From an uncultured Anaerolineales bacterium (GTDB lineage Bacteria; Chloroflexota; Anaerolineae; B4-G1; SLSP01), in NCBI GenBank assembly GCA_964501335.1, contig CAZCTC010000023.1, positions 23,216 through 87,215 of the forward strand: a stretch of DNA of 64,000 bases, in the 5' to 3' direction. Made by a program: the position numbers and the translations under genes. The notes under the pieces were generated by a model that did not search any database, was not told where the DNA came from, and saw nothing but the letters and a program-made list of their open reading frames with translations. Positions 9,856 through 20,224 of the stretch are shown here, piece by piece; the first letter of the stretch is position 1, and each line of letters begins with the position of its first letter.

Positions 9856-11802
9856 TCAGTGTATATCAAATTGGGAAAAGGGCAACAATTGCCCCCTTAA
9901 CGCATCCGGAGTTGCGGCGGTCAATGGAACATATTCCACACCAGGATAATGAGTTCTGAAAAAAGCTCGCAGGTCATCCCCCCACGCCGCCGGATTGACC
10001 GCCAGGACACGCCGCAACGGTAAATCTCCAATGCCGGCATCATCGGCACTGCCCCCCACCGTGAAGCGGCGTCCTTCCCATGTCGTTTCCACAACCGCCT
10101 GGGCCCACACTCCGCCGGCCCCGGGAGGCAACAACACATAACTCCGCTCATAGGCTTCCCGCGGACTCCCGCCCCCTCCAGGTAAAGGCTCAGTACCTCC
10201 CGTAACCGCCCAATCGGGAATCGCGGTCAGCTGCGCTGCCAGGGCGTCCGGGGTGACCGCCTCCACCGCCAGATAGATTACCCCCGGATAGAACTGCTGG
10301 AAAAAAGCCGCCAGATCGCCGTTCCAGCCGCCCGGATTGATCGCCACGACACGCCGGGCATTCAACGCCCCGATCCCCGCATCATCGGCACTCCCCCCCA
10401 CGGTAAAGCGCCACCGCTCCCAAACACTGCGCACCACCGCTCCCGCCCACTCAGCCCCGGCCGCCGGCGGCAACAACAGATAAGTCCGGGCATACTGCAC
10501 CCGTGGCTGACCGCGCAACGGGGCCTCCAGATAAGGCCGTGGATTTAACCACCCATTCGTCACCGGGAGAGGCACAGTCGATACTTTCATCCCCAGATGC
10601 AAATGCGGACCGGTGCTCATTCCGGTCGAACCGGCCATGCCCACAATATCTCCTGCCTGTACCAGCATCCCCTGCGATACGTGGATATCCGACAGATGCC
10701 CATAAATTAACAGGATCTCTTCATGCTGCGGGCCGTAACTGCGCACCCGCACATGGTGGCCGTAGCCCGTCTCATCAAAAGCCACCTGGATCACACTTCC
10801 CGCCAAAGCCGCACGGATCGGCGACTGTTGCGGCGCACTGCCATTGACACGAAGATCCACACCGTTATGACCGGCATTCAGATGGCTGGTCTGTTGATAC
10901 CAGGCCTGATTTTCACCGAAATATTGATTGTACTTTCTGTATTCGCTGGGCCACACCATCCGCGCCGCAAACGGATCAAGTAAAACAGGACGTGAAGCCA
11001 AGGCCGTGAAAGCAGGACGGGATGTGCCATCCGCAGCCAGACAGCCCAACGGCTCCAGCTGCGGATCAGAGCTACGCCAGGGATAAAGACAGGCCCCGCC
11101 CAACTGATCATATTGAGAAAGCAGCGTCATCAAATCCGCATATTGCGTCCCGCGGGCCTGAGAAGTCGTGGCGACATCGAAATTGCCGCATTCAGTAATC
11201 CAGAAAGTTTGTTCCGGAAAAACTTCCAGATAGCGCCGCAAAAAACAAAGCATCCCCTCATAGCCGCACATTTCAGCCGCCGTGGTCCAAGAGAGATGCA
11301 AAGCCACCCAATCCGCCTGCTCCATGGCAGTCGTACAGCCGCCTTTAAAGAGCTGCCAGTCTCCCAATCGTTCATCCAAAGCCGGAAATCCGATCTGCAC
11401 GCCGGATCCCAACCGGGCCCGCAACAAAGCCGAGACTTCAATAAACCAGGCACAGAAACCGGCTCCATCGCTCCACGAAACACCCATACCCCGCTCGGGA
11501 CGATTCGGCCCATCCTGGATTTCCAACAACAGCACCCCCTGCGCCACAAACGGCCGCGCCAGTTCCACCACCGCCTCGACAAAAGTCAAAGCCGAAGTGG
11601 AGACCTGAGCCGGCAAAGAGCTGTGAAGTTGCAGGATAAATTCCAAAGCACCACAACTGCGCCAACGGGGCAAATCCTCCACCGAATGGTCAGCACAGTT
11701 CAAGCGTACTAAATGCAACCGGCCCCGCGTCAAGGATGAAAAATCAGCTTCTTGGGCGGGGCCGGGAGGGGCTACAATACCTGCATAAAAAGGTTCTCTC
11801 AT
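9856..11802 (-). CDS. Multidomain cell-wall hydrolase: TIM-barrel-like N-domain, M23 peptidase, and two tandem ~95-aa domains of unknown function
   Basis: M23 motifs GHNGVDL and GSTGMSTGPHLHL. The N-domain contains FWITECGNF, a clan GH-A-like nucleophile context. The start ATG at 11802 overlaps the upstream amidase stop (ATGA). Confidence 0.85.
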   Translation of the reverse strand: MREPFYAGIVAPPGPAQEADFSSLTRGRLHLVRLNCADHSVEDLPRWRSCGALEFILQLHSSLPAQVSTSALTFVEAVVELARPFVAQGVLLLEIQDGPNRPERGMGVSWSDGAGFCAWFIEVSALLRARLGSGVQIGFPALDERLGDWQLFKGGCTTAMEQADWVALHLSWTTAAEMCGYEGMLCFLRRYLEVFPEQTFWITECGNFDVATTSQARGTQYADLMTLLSQYDQLGGACLYPWRSSDPQLEPLGCLAADGTSRPAFTALASRPVLLDPFAARMVWPSEYRKYNQYFGENQAWYQQTSHLNAGHNGVDLRVNGSAPQQSPIRAALAGSVIQVAFDETGYGHHVRVRSYGPQHEEILLIYGHLSDIHVSQGMLVQAGDIVGMAGSTGMSTGPHLHLGMKVSTVPLPVTNGWLNPRPYLEAPLRGQPRVQYARTYLLLPPAAGAEWAGAVVRSVWERWRFTVGGSADDAGIGALNARRVVAINPGGWNGDLAAFFQQFYPGVIYLAVEAVTPDALAAQLTAIPDWAVTGGTEPLPGGGGSPREAYERSYVLLPPGAGGVWAQAVVETTWEGRRFTVGGSADDAGIGDLPLRRVLAVNPAAWGDDLRAFFRTHYPGVEYVPLTAATPDALRGQLLPFSQFDIH

Positions 11803-12578
11803 GGCGATTCCCCCTCGATATAACAAATCAATCCTTCAGCAATACCCAACGCCACCACATCCGACCGTTCGGTCAACATCTCCCGATCGTCCAACATAAA
11901 ACCGATTTCGATAATCGCCGCCGCCGTATTTTTATCGATCTCATAATAAGCATGATAGCGGGTCATATCGTAAGTAATGGTATTCGCATCAAAAGCCATC
12001 CCGGTGCGTTCCTGATAATGTTTGATAATACAACGTACCAACCGATCTTCGTTGTTAGGAATATAACTGGATTCGGCCCGGGCGACTTTGAACCCGGATT
12101 TTCCGGGATAGAGGCAAGAATCAGAATGAATAGAAAGAATTGCTTGGGCTTGATAATTTTCCAGACGGGGATCGAACTCATCGAGCAAATCTACCTGCCA
12201 GCCGCGTTGGGTCAATAAAGCCACCACGCGACGCGCCGCATCCGCATTGATATCCACCTCTCTCAATCCATCAGGGCAAACAGCCCCGCTATCATTGCCG
12301 GAATGCCCGGCGATGATCCCGATATGAGGCGCACTGGGAGTTGGCTGAATCGCTGCCGGCGTTGGAACCGGGGTAGGGTTCTCCAACGCCACCACCACGG
12401 GCCCGCCTGTATCAGACCCTGTACCGCCTGCTACAGGGGGCAAGGAAACAATCGGAACCCATCCCAGGGAAACGAAGAATGCCGCCGCCAGCGCCAATAC
12501 CACCAGCGCCCGGACAGCGTATCCCACAGCCCACGGATCGGATTCCCCCGTAACATTACCCACACTCGCACCTATCAC
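11799..12578 (-). CDS. N-acetylmuramoyl-L-alanine amidase (Amidase_3) with an N-terminal membrane anchor
   Basis: IGIIAGHSGNDSGAVCPDGLREVDINADAARRV...LSIHSDS...IIEIGFMLDDRE. Confidence 0.85.
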   Translation of the reverse strand: MIGASVGNVTGESDPWAVGYAVRALVVLALAAAFFVSLGWVPIVSLPPVAGGTGSDTGGPVVVALENPTPVPTPAAIQPTPSAPHIGIIAGHSGNDSGAVCPDGLREVDINADAARRVVALLTQRGWQVDLLDEFDPRLENYQAQAILSIHSDSCLYPGKSGFKVARAESSYIPNNEDRLVRCIIKHYQERTGMAFDANTITYDMTRYHAYYEIDKNTAAAIIEIGFMLDDREMLTERSDVVALGIAEGLICYIEGESP

Positions 12579-12634
12579 TGAAAATTCTTACCGGCATTCC
12601 AGCCGGCCCGGCGCGTTTTATCCACGCCGGGCGG

Positions 12635-13423
12635 CTAGCGCATCCGACGACGCCACTCTTCCTTAACCTGAATCGCATCCCAATTGTCTTTGTGAATCAG
12701 GAAGTCCAGCAACAATCGATTGAACTTCACCGTCTCCTCCAACATCGGATAATGCTGACATTCGTTGAAGGGGAAAGGATTCACATTGTAATCCAGATCG
12801 TCCAGAAGAGATTGTTCTGGCGGCGTAACCACCGGATCTTGTTGCCCGTAAGCCAACATCACCGGCAACTCCACATTCTCCAGGACCCGCCCCAAATCTT
12901 CCGTCAAAGCTGTCTTCACGCTCAGCGTAACCGCATCGGCGTCAATCTTCACAGCTTCCAGGGCGACCTCTTGATAGGAGTTCAGCTTCCGTCCCAAAAC
13001 TTTGGAAGCCACATTGTCTCCGCCGGCATAGGTGCTCAAGGACCGGGCAATCTGCCCGCCTATCATAGGCGTACTGACCGCCATCACCTGCTCGACCCGC
13101 TCCGGGAACTGAGCGGCAAACAGGATCGCAACCATCCCTCCCAAACCGTGGCCGATCAAAGGTACCTTATTGATTCCCATTTGATCCATGAACTGAGCGA
13201 CCTGCGCAACATACCCCGGCACCGTATAGCGATTGCGGACTTTGTCGGAATCCCCAAAGCCCCAGAAATCCATCGCATAAGCCCGGTAGTTGGAGGACAT
13301 CTCTTCCATGGTAGGAACCCAGTACCGCCACGAGCCTAACCAGTCGTGGAGGAAGAGCAATGGCTTTCCACGCCCCAGCGTTTCGTAATGAACCAAGCTG
13401 CTTTCCAGGATAATGGCACTCAT
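12635..13423 (-). CDS. Alpha/beta-hydrolase-fold protein lacking the nucleophile serine (GHGLG in place of GXSXG)
   Basis: Paralogous to the 24133-24918 product (VHYETLGRGKPLLFLHDWLGSWRYW vs VHYETFGRGKPVILLHCWLGSWSYW). The nucleophile elbow reads IGHGLGG. The His context (CQHYPMLEE) is retained. Confidence 0.8.
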   Translation of the reverse strand: MSAIILESSLVHYETLGRGKPLLFLHDWLGSWRYWVPTMEEMSSNYRAYAMDFWGFGDSDKVRNRYTVPGYVAQVAQFMDQMGINKVPLIGHGLGGMVAILFAAQFPERVEQVMAVSTPMIGGQIARSLSTYAGGDNVASKVLGRKLNSYQEVALEAVKIDADAVTLSVKTALTEDLGRVLENVELPVMLAYGQQDPVVTPPEQSLLDDLDYNVNPFPFNECQHYPMLEETVKFNRLLLDFLIHKDNWDAIQVKEEWRRRMR

Positions 13424-13448
13424 AAGCGAGTCCCCTTGTATAGTGTAG

Positions 13449-13829
13449 TTAAGCCTTACCGATTTTCTGCAACAGCCGCTTGACCTGCTCGGTCAATTCC
13501 AGGGGGGCAAACGGTTTAAGAATGTACTCCGTCGCTCCCACTTCCAAACCTTCATTGATCTCGCTTTCCTGCCCTTTGGCCGAAAGGAAAACCACCGGGA
13601 TCTCCTTCGTTTCCGGCTTTTCCTTGAGCTTACGACATGCCTCATATCCCGTCATCCGGGGCATGCGGACATCCATCAAAATCAGGTCCGGCTTCTCCTG
13701 CTCGGCGCGCTCGACTGCCTCGGCGCCGTTGGCTACCAGGATTACATTATAACCTGCAAAGTCCCTTAATGTAAAGCCAATCAGCTCCCGAATATCGCGT
13801 TCATCTTCTGCTACCAGGATTTTTACCAT
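13449..13829 (-). CDS. Single-domain response regulator (CheY-like receiver)
   Basis: MVKILVAEDERDIREL...DLILMDVRMPRMTGYE...LSAKG. The start at 13829 lies 10 nt after the upstream kinase stop. Confidence 0.9.
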   Translation of the reverse strand: MVKILVAEDERDIRELIGFTLRDFAGYNVILVANGAEAVERAEQEKPDLILMDVRMPRMTGYEACRKLKEKPETKEIPVVFLSAKGQESEINEGLEVGATEYILKPFAPLELTEQVKRLLQKIGKA

Positions 13830-13839
13830 TCGACCGCTC

Positions 13840-16800
13840 CTAAATCTTTGCTTGATGATCCACAAAACTGGAGATCTCAGACGCCAGCGCTTCCACCGAG
13901 AAAGGCTTGGTCAAAAACCTCAGGGCCCCCAAGGCTTGGAATTCCTGAGCTTTGCCGCCCTCATCCAACACGCTCCCGGTAAGTACAATCACCGGAATAT
14001 CGGCCGTTTGAGTATCGCGTTTCAGCTCTTCCAATACCTGGTACCCATCGATATCGGGCAACTTGAGATCCAGCAGGATCAGAGCCGGGTTCAATTCCCG
14101 AGCCAGGCTTAACGCCCGTCCACCTCGCGCCGTGGTCCGCACACCCAATCCTTGCGTGCGCAGGGCCTCCCGCATCAGGGCCAGAGTTTCCTTATCGTCA
14201 TCCACAATCAGGACCAATCCCTTTTGCGTCAGCACCCGATCCACCACACTCTGAAGCTGAGCTTCATCGAGAGGCTTGGTCAAATATTCCGCCGCCCCCA
14301 ATCGCAAGCCCTGCTCCACATCCAACACGACGGAGACAATCACCACCGGAATATCCGCAGTTTCCGGATCGCGCTTCAACAACTGCAGAACCTCGAACCC
14401 ATCCAAATCCGGCAAGCGGATATCCAGAGAAATCAGCTGGGGGCGCTCTTTACGCGCCACCCGCAAAGCCTCTTCTCCTGAAGTGGCCATCAATACCCGG
14501 CGCCCTTGCGTCTCCAGCGTCAGCTGAATCAGCCTCGCCACGTCCACATCATCTTCCACCACCAGAATAGTGGTCAAGGGCTCCCCAAACTTCCGAGGCG
14601 GCGTCCCGACATCCTCTTTTAATTCGCCCTCGGCCAGCGGCAGGGTAAAAGTGAAAATACTGCCGACCCCTAATTCACTTTCTACCCAGATATCACCCCC
14701 GTGCATTTGAATCAGCGAGGTCGTGATCGAAAGCCCCAACCCGGTCCCGGAAACCTCATGGACGGCCGGATTGTCCACCCGGAAGAACCGATCGAAGATC
14801 TTCTGCTGATCTTCTTTAGAAATCCCCATCCCGGTGTCTTCCACTCCCACATGCATCATCCCATTACGAACATACGCATGGATGATGATGGCGCCCCCCT
14901 CGGGCGTATACTTGTAGGAATTTCCTACCAGATTAGTAAGGATCTGGATCATCCGGCTGGGATCACCAAAAACCTTCGGCAAGCCCTCCGGAACGACCGT
15001 CGTCAACTGCATCTTCTTTTCCTGAATCTTCGGCAGCATAGAAGCAGCTACCTGTTCGATCAAAGGCTCAATCCCTGCCGGCGAACGATCCAGCTTTACC
15101 TTGCCGGTCTCAATCCGCGAAAGATCCAGAATATCGTTCACCAGGGCAGTCAACCGGTCGGCATTGGTCTTGATAACGGTCAGGAAATTGCGCTGCATAT
15201 CGGTCAGTGGCCCGGTGGCCCCCATCAGCAGCAAATCAACATACCCTTTCACCGAAGTCATCGGCGTCCGCAGCTCATGCGAAACGTTGGAGACAAACTC
15301 GCTCTTGGCCCGATCCGCCATCACCTCAGCCGTAACATCCCGGAAGACCGATACCACCCCTAACAGCTCATGCGAACCGGAGAAGACCGGCGAACAGTGC
15401 ACACTGATCATCTGCCGATCCACATCCAGCCGATCGGAGAAATACTGCCCCGCCTCGTAAGCATCGGGATTCTCTTTCCATTGATGGACAATATCCAGCC
15501 ATTCCCGTGCCCGCGAACCGTACAGGCCCAGCATCTCATCCAGCATCCGGCCCAACGCCTGCGAACGGTTCAAAGAGAAGATCCGCTCCGCCGCCGCATT
15601 GAACAGGATAACACGGCCGTTGGCATCGGCCATCATTACGCCGTCCGCAATACCTTCCAGAATAGCCTGGTTCTTGACCGATTCCACCTGCTGGGTACGC
15701 AACATCACGCCTAACCGTTCGGCCTGTTCCCGGATCAACCGGTAAAGCTCCGCATTATTGAGCGCATTGCCCAACTGCGTGGCGGCCGCTTCGACCAACC
15801 GGGCATCGATCTCGGCAAACGCATTCATCATGGAAGAATGCAGGAAAATAGCCCCCAACGCCTCGCCTGCCGTGCCCTTAATCGGTACAGCCAGGACGGA
15901 ACGTGTAACATCATCTTCTTCCTTAATCCAGCGCGGGTCCTGATCCACATCTTCAATCACCACCGACTGGCGCTTGCTCAGCACCCACCCCACCAACCCC
16001 TCGGTCAGCTTGAACCGGGCCGGAACTCCGCCCGGAGCCACCCGCTGTTGATGGCCAATGCCGGCACGATAGATCAATTTGTTCGTATTCGGATCTAGCA
16101 ACAGAACCGAACCGCGCTCGGCCTTGACGGCATCCCGCAGGAACGAAAGCGCCTTGTCCAGCACCCGGTCCAGATCCAGGCTGGAAACCAGCTCGGAAGC
16201 AATCCGGTAAAGCACGTCTGTACGATCGCGTTCTCGTCGCAGCTCGTCCAGCGCACTCCCCAACTCTGCCGTCCGCAGCTCCACCCGTTTCTCCATTTCA
16301 TTCGAAAAGCGGGTAACTTCATCAAAGAGTCGGGCATTTTCTACCGCCACCGCGACCTGATCGGCCAGAGCCGTCAGGGTTGCCACCTCTGTCGGCGAGA
16401 AATCCCCTACCTGCTTCCGGTCGGCTGTTAAAATACCCACCACCCGGGCATCCACAATCAAGGGAACCAGTACGGATGAACCGATCGGCAAGGGGCCCGG
16501 TTTAAAACGCGAATCGGCACTCGTGTCGTCCAGGACCAGTGGCATCCCGGTTTGCGCCACCACATCGATGACCCCATCGTTGCCCGCGCCGGGAGCGAAG
16601 GAATACTCATAAATCATATCCATCGGATATCCCGAAGAAGCCCGGGCCTCAAAGCGCTGAGTCTCTTTGTTCTGAATAAAGACCGTGGTGTAATCGTAAT
16701 TCAGCAGCTGGGTTACCGCCTGAGCCACCGTCCCCAGTAACAAATTCAAATCCAGCTTGGTCGTGATCGAGCGACTCAGCTCGTTGAACAACCGCAAAGT

Positions 16801-19800
16801 ATTCAACTGCCGGCGCAAATCTTCAAACAGGACATTGTTCTCGATCGCCAGCGCCACCTGAGCCGCGAAAAGCTCCAGCACTTCCACCGAGTTTGTCGTC
16901 GGCATCAACCCGCTGCGCGGATTATCCACCGACATCATCCCAATAACATCGCCCCGCGTATTGCGCAACGGCACCAGCAAAGCATCCGCCGGATGCCAGT
17001 GACCGGCCTCTCGCACCACCCCGCCCGGATCCAACGTAAAACGATCCAGATTCTGAGCCACATCGGCCCATTCGGCCGGGATATAATAGCAACGGCCCAA
17101 CCGGAAACGTTCCTGGAACAACAACTTTACCCGCGACCAGGGCGAACGCACGCGCTTCAAGCGATCCAGATCAGCCAACGGCATCCCGGCTCCGGCCACC
17201 CGGCGCAACGTATCCCCTTCAAGGATACTGATCAGCACCAGATCGTATTCCGTGCCTTCCTGAACCGCGTAAGAGACATCCTGCAACACATCGTCCATGG
17301 GCCGATCCGAACGCATGGTCCGGATCACTTCCAACAACCGGGCCACCTGCTCCGCCCGGCGACGCATCAGCTCACCCCGTTCCACCTGTTCCCGATACTG
17401 CCGGGCATTGCTGATCGCAAAAGCCAGTTGGCCGACCACGCCCTGCATAAAATCACGGAAAGCCGCGTCGAAAACGTCCGAACGGGAGCTGTGCAACAAA
17501 ATCACCGAAGCCAGTTGTTCTTCAAAAAAGACTGGCGCGACCAGGAATGTATGCGTATTCGATAAAGGCCAGGTGCAGCCGGGTTCAATCGATAGATCGG
17601 GAATCAGGGTGACCTGCGGACGCTGCAAAAATTCATTGAAAGGAAAAGGCCCATTCTCTGTAATAAGAGCTTTGACCTGCGCCAAATCCTCAGCTGTATA
17701 CCCCTGCGCCACCCCCACCATCCAGGACTGATCCTGTTGTAAGAGAACCACCCCAGCCTCGGCCCCTCCGAACTGCACGGCTTCTCTCAATACCACCTGC
17801 AAAATCGCCGTCAGATCAAGAGTGGCAATAATCTCCCGATTGATCCGCTGCAAGGTCTCCAGGGCATACACCCGGCGGCGCAGAGCATCGTCGGTCTGCG
17901 AGAACAACCGGATATTCTCAATGGCGACCGCGGCCTCTTCGGCCAAAATCCGCAGCAGATCCATCTCTTCTGTCGTAAAGTGATGCGGTTCACTAAATTG
18001 CACCGAGAGCAACCCGACCGGATTTTCTCCCCGTCGCAGGGGCACATCGGCAAACGCCCGGCACAGATCGATGTTGGACAAGGATTTCCCCGTAGGGTTT
18101 GAATTTAGTGAATCTTCCACCACAATCACGGAATTGTTGGCAATCGCCCGGGCCTGAGCTCCATAGCTTAAAGGAATCTCCGGCAAAATACGATTGTTTT
18201 CCTGGCCCACCATGGCGACGCGATTGAGGACCTGCGTGCGAGGATCCAACACAAAAATAACCGCACGTTGACAGGACATCACATCGAAAACCGCCTGAAC
18301 AATGGCATTTAACACCATCGTCTGGTCCAGCGACCCACCGATCGCCGAGGCCACCGAAACCAGGGCCTCCATATGACGGGCCCGGCCTTCGGTCCGCTCT
18401 AACAACTGAGAGAAACGCACCATTCCGGACACCTGCGACGCCAGCATCTGCAACATCTGGGCATCATCGGCCGTAAAGCGCCTTCGCCCGCGAGGATTGG
18501 CAATCTGAAGAAACCCAATCCGTTCACCGCTGGCCTCTAAAGGCACCAGCAAAGTCTGCTGAATCTTCGCCACAAACGCCAGTTCCAACAACCCTAACGA
18601 TTCCACATCCGGACTATGCGGAACATCCTCAATGATCCAATAAGGCGTTTGCTGAAAAACCTGCTCCCGATGGCTGTTTCGCGGCAGCTGAACCACATAA
18701 TTGCTTACCCAGGCTGCGTTGACCCCAAAGAAAGGCGCCCGGGCACTCAGCTGTTGACGCTCTTTATCCAGAAGCAACACTCCGGCAATTTCAACCTTAA
18801 AGAGATCGGCAACCCGCTGGCTGATTTCAGCAAAGAGTGCATTGGCATCTACCGCTCGCCCTACCGCCCCCGCCGTCTCCCGCAACTGCTCCAAAACCTG
18901 CAACCGGCGTTGCTCGGCCTGGAATAGCCGGGCATTGTCGATCGCCGCCGCCACCTGGATCCCGACCGCCTGCAAAAGATCCAAATGTTGCGGAGTGAAC
19001 TGGTGTTGACGGAAAGCCGCCATCTCCAGCGTCCCCAGGAAATCTCCCCGGGCCAGCAAAGGCACCCCGATAAAAGACTGAACCGATAACTCTACCAGCT
19101 TTAACTTCGGCTGAGCTTCTTCAAATTCGGCCACATTTTGCAACAACAACGGCCGACGATTGCGTGTCAACCACCCGGTCAATCCTTCATTCAGATAATA
19201 AATCTGGCCCGTCCCCGCCTCATAGCGCCGGGTCGCTTCATCCTGTGAAACGGCCCAACAGGTCAGATATTGACGGTCAGGATCCCAGAGATTGATCTCC
19301 GCCATCTCATAAGGGATCGAAATGCGCAGCAGGTTAAGAATCTCATCCATCACCTGCTCGGGATCCAGACGTTCCCCCATCAGACGGCCAATTTCATGCA
19401 AGGCTTCCAACTCTCGTTGTCGCCAGTTGGCGGTCTGCTGCATCAACGAAAGCCGATCACCATTATCCAACGCCGGACGCAAAGCTGAAATCAACGCCCG
19501 CGCCAGCGAAAACTCTGCAACCGAAAAAAGCTCACTGGAACGCACCAACACCAGGGTGCCGGAACGGGTTGTGATTTGAAGTGGGATGGCCATCGCGCTG
19601 GAAACGCCACAGGCCGCCACGACCGGACCATGTTCCATCACCGGAGAATCACTGACCAGTTGAGCCAGGGCAAACCAGGAAACAGCTTCTAAAGTTAAGC
19701 CTTGAGAACGAAGCGGGGCCTCGGAATCTTTATCCACCCAGGCCACTCCATCTGCTGAAATCGCCTGTTTTAACTCTGCCAGAGCCCCATCCCAAAGCTG

Positions 19801-20172
19801 ATCCACGTTCGTTACTCCACTTAACCGTTCACCCAATGCTATCAAGCCGGTTTCCAATCGCCCATCCTCAACCGGTGCACGACCACGATTTCCAATAACC
19901 ATGCCTAAAACCAGCCCCATCGCCAACATTCCACCGTCAAAGGTCCACAGGCCGTTTCCCAAACCGGGAAGGGCACATAGCCCTAAAACCAGAGCAATTC
20001 CCCAACCGGCCCGTCGACCCCATATTCGAACAGCAAAAAGGACTGGAATCGCTAACGCCAAAAATCGCAAAGTCAGAGCCAGTTCAGGCGACAAACAAGA
20101 CAAGACCAGACCGCCCCCACCCAGGGCTGCCCAGACAGTCCACCGTCGCCGCAAACTGCGCTCGTTTTTCAT
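13840..20172 (-). CDS. Giant (2110 aa) membrane-anchored hybrid sensor histidine kinase: multiple GAF domains, PAS, HisKA, HATPase_c, two receivers
   Basis: N-terminal TM helices, repeated GAF-like segments, H-box FVSNVSHELRTPMTSV, G-boxes GTGLGLSI, and two C-terminal REC domains (ILVVEDD..., VLIVDDD...). Confidence 0.9.
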   Translation of the reverse strand: MKNERSLRRRWTVWAALGGGGLVLSCLSPELALTLRFLALAIPVLFAVRIWGRRAGWGIALVLGLCALPGLGNGLWTFDGGMLAMGLVLGMVIGNRGRAPVEDGRLETGLIALGERLSGVTNVDQLWDGALAELKQAISADGVAWVDKDSEAPLRSQGLTLEAVSWFALAQLVSDSPVMEHGPVVAACGVSSAMAIPLQITTRSGTLVLVRSSELFSVAEFSLARALISALRPALDNGDRLSLMQQTANWRQRELEALHEIGRLMGERLDPEQVMDEILNLLRISIPYEMAEINLWDPDRQYLTCWAVSQDEATRRYEAGTGQIYYLNEGLTGWLTRNRRPLLLQNVAEFEEAQPKLKLVELSVQSFIGVPLLARGDFLGTLEMAAFRQHQFTPQHLDLLQAVGIQVAAAIDNARLFQAEQRRLQVLEQLRETAGAVGRAVDANALFAEISQRVADLFKVEIAGVLLLDKERQQLSARAPFFGVNAAWVSNYVVQLPRNSHREQVFQQTPYWIIEDVPHSPDVESLGLLELAFVAKIQQTLLVPLEASGERIGFLQIANPRGRRRFTADDAQMLQMLASQVSGMVRFSQLLERTEGRARHMEALVSVASAIGGSLDQTMVLNAIVQAVFDVMSCQRAVIFVLDPRTQVLNRVAMVGQENNRILPEIPLSYGAQARAIANNSVIVVEDSLNSNPTGKSLSNIDLCRAFADVPLRRGENPVGLLSVQFSEPHHFTTEEMDLLRILAEEAAVAIENIRLFSQTDDALRRRVYALETLQRINREIIATLDLTAILQVVLREAVQFGGAEAGVVLLQQDQSWMVGVAQGYTAEDLAQVKALITENGPFPFNEFLQRPQVTLIPDLSIEPGCTWPLSNTHTFLVAPVFFEEQLASVILLHSSRSDVFDAAFRDFMQGVVGQLAFAISNARQYREQVERGELMRRRAEQVARLLEVIRTMRSDRPMDDVLQDVSYAVQEGTEYDLVLISILEGDTLRRVAGAGMPLADLDRLKRVRSPWSRVKLLFQERFRLGRCYYIPAEWADVAQNLDRFTLDPGGVVREAGHWHPADALLVPLRNTRGDVIGMMSVDNPRSGLMPTTNSVEVLELFAAQVALAIENNVLFEDLRRQLNTLRLFNELSRSITTKLDLNLLLGTVAQAVTQLLNYDYTTVFIQNKETQRFEARASSGYPMDMIYEYSFAPGAGNDGVIDVVAQTGMPLVLDDTSADSRFKPGPLPIGSSVLVPLIVDARVVGILTADRKQVGDFSPTEVATLTALADQVAVAVENARLFDEVTRFSNEMEKRVELRTAELGSALDELRRERDRTDVLYRIASELVSSLDLDRVLDKALSFLRDAVKAERGSVLLLDPNTNKLIYRAGIGHQQRVAPGGVPARFKLTEGLVGWVLSKRQSVVIEDVDQDPRWIKEEDDVTRSVLAVPIKGTAGEALGAIFLHSSMMNAFAEIDARLVEAAATQLGNALNNAELYRLIREQAERLGVMLRTQQVESVKNQAILEGIADGVMMADANGRVILFNAAAERIFSLNRSQALGRMLDEMLGLYGSRAREWLDIVHQWKENPDAYEAGQYFSDRLDVDRQMISVHCSPVFSGSHELLGVVSVFRDVTAEVMADRAKSEFVSNVSHELRTPMTSVKGYVDLLLMGATGPLTDMQRNFLTVIKTNADRLTALVNDILDLSRIETGKVKLDRSPAGIEPLIEQVAASMLPKIQEKKMQLTTVVPEGLPKVFGDPSRMIQILTNLVGNSYKYTPEGGAIIIHAYVRNGMMHVGVEDTGMGISKEDQQKIFDRFFRVDNPAVHEVSGTGLGLSITTSLIQMHGGDIWVESELGVGSIFTFTLPLAEGELKEDVGTPPRKFGEPLTTILVVEDDVDVARLIQLTLETQGRRVLMATSGEEALRVARKERPQLISLDIRLPDLDGFEVLQLLKRDPETADIPVVIVSVVLDVEQGLRLGAAEYLTKPLDEAQLQSVVDRVLTQKGLVLIVDDDKETLALMREALRTQGLGVRTTARGGRALSLARELNPALILLDLKLPDIDGYQVLEELKRDTQTADIPVIVLTGSVLDEGGKAQEFQALGALRFLTKPFSVEALASEISSFVDHQAKI

Positions 20173-20224
20173 GAATTTGTTGATCGGGCGATTGATAATC
20201 CTGCTGAATAAGCGAAACGAACCG

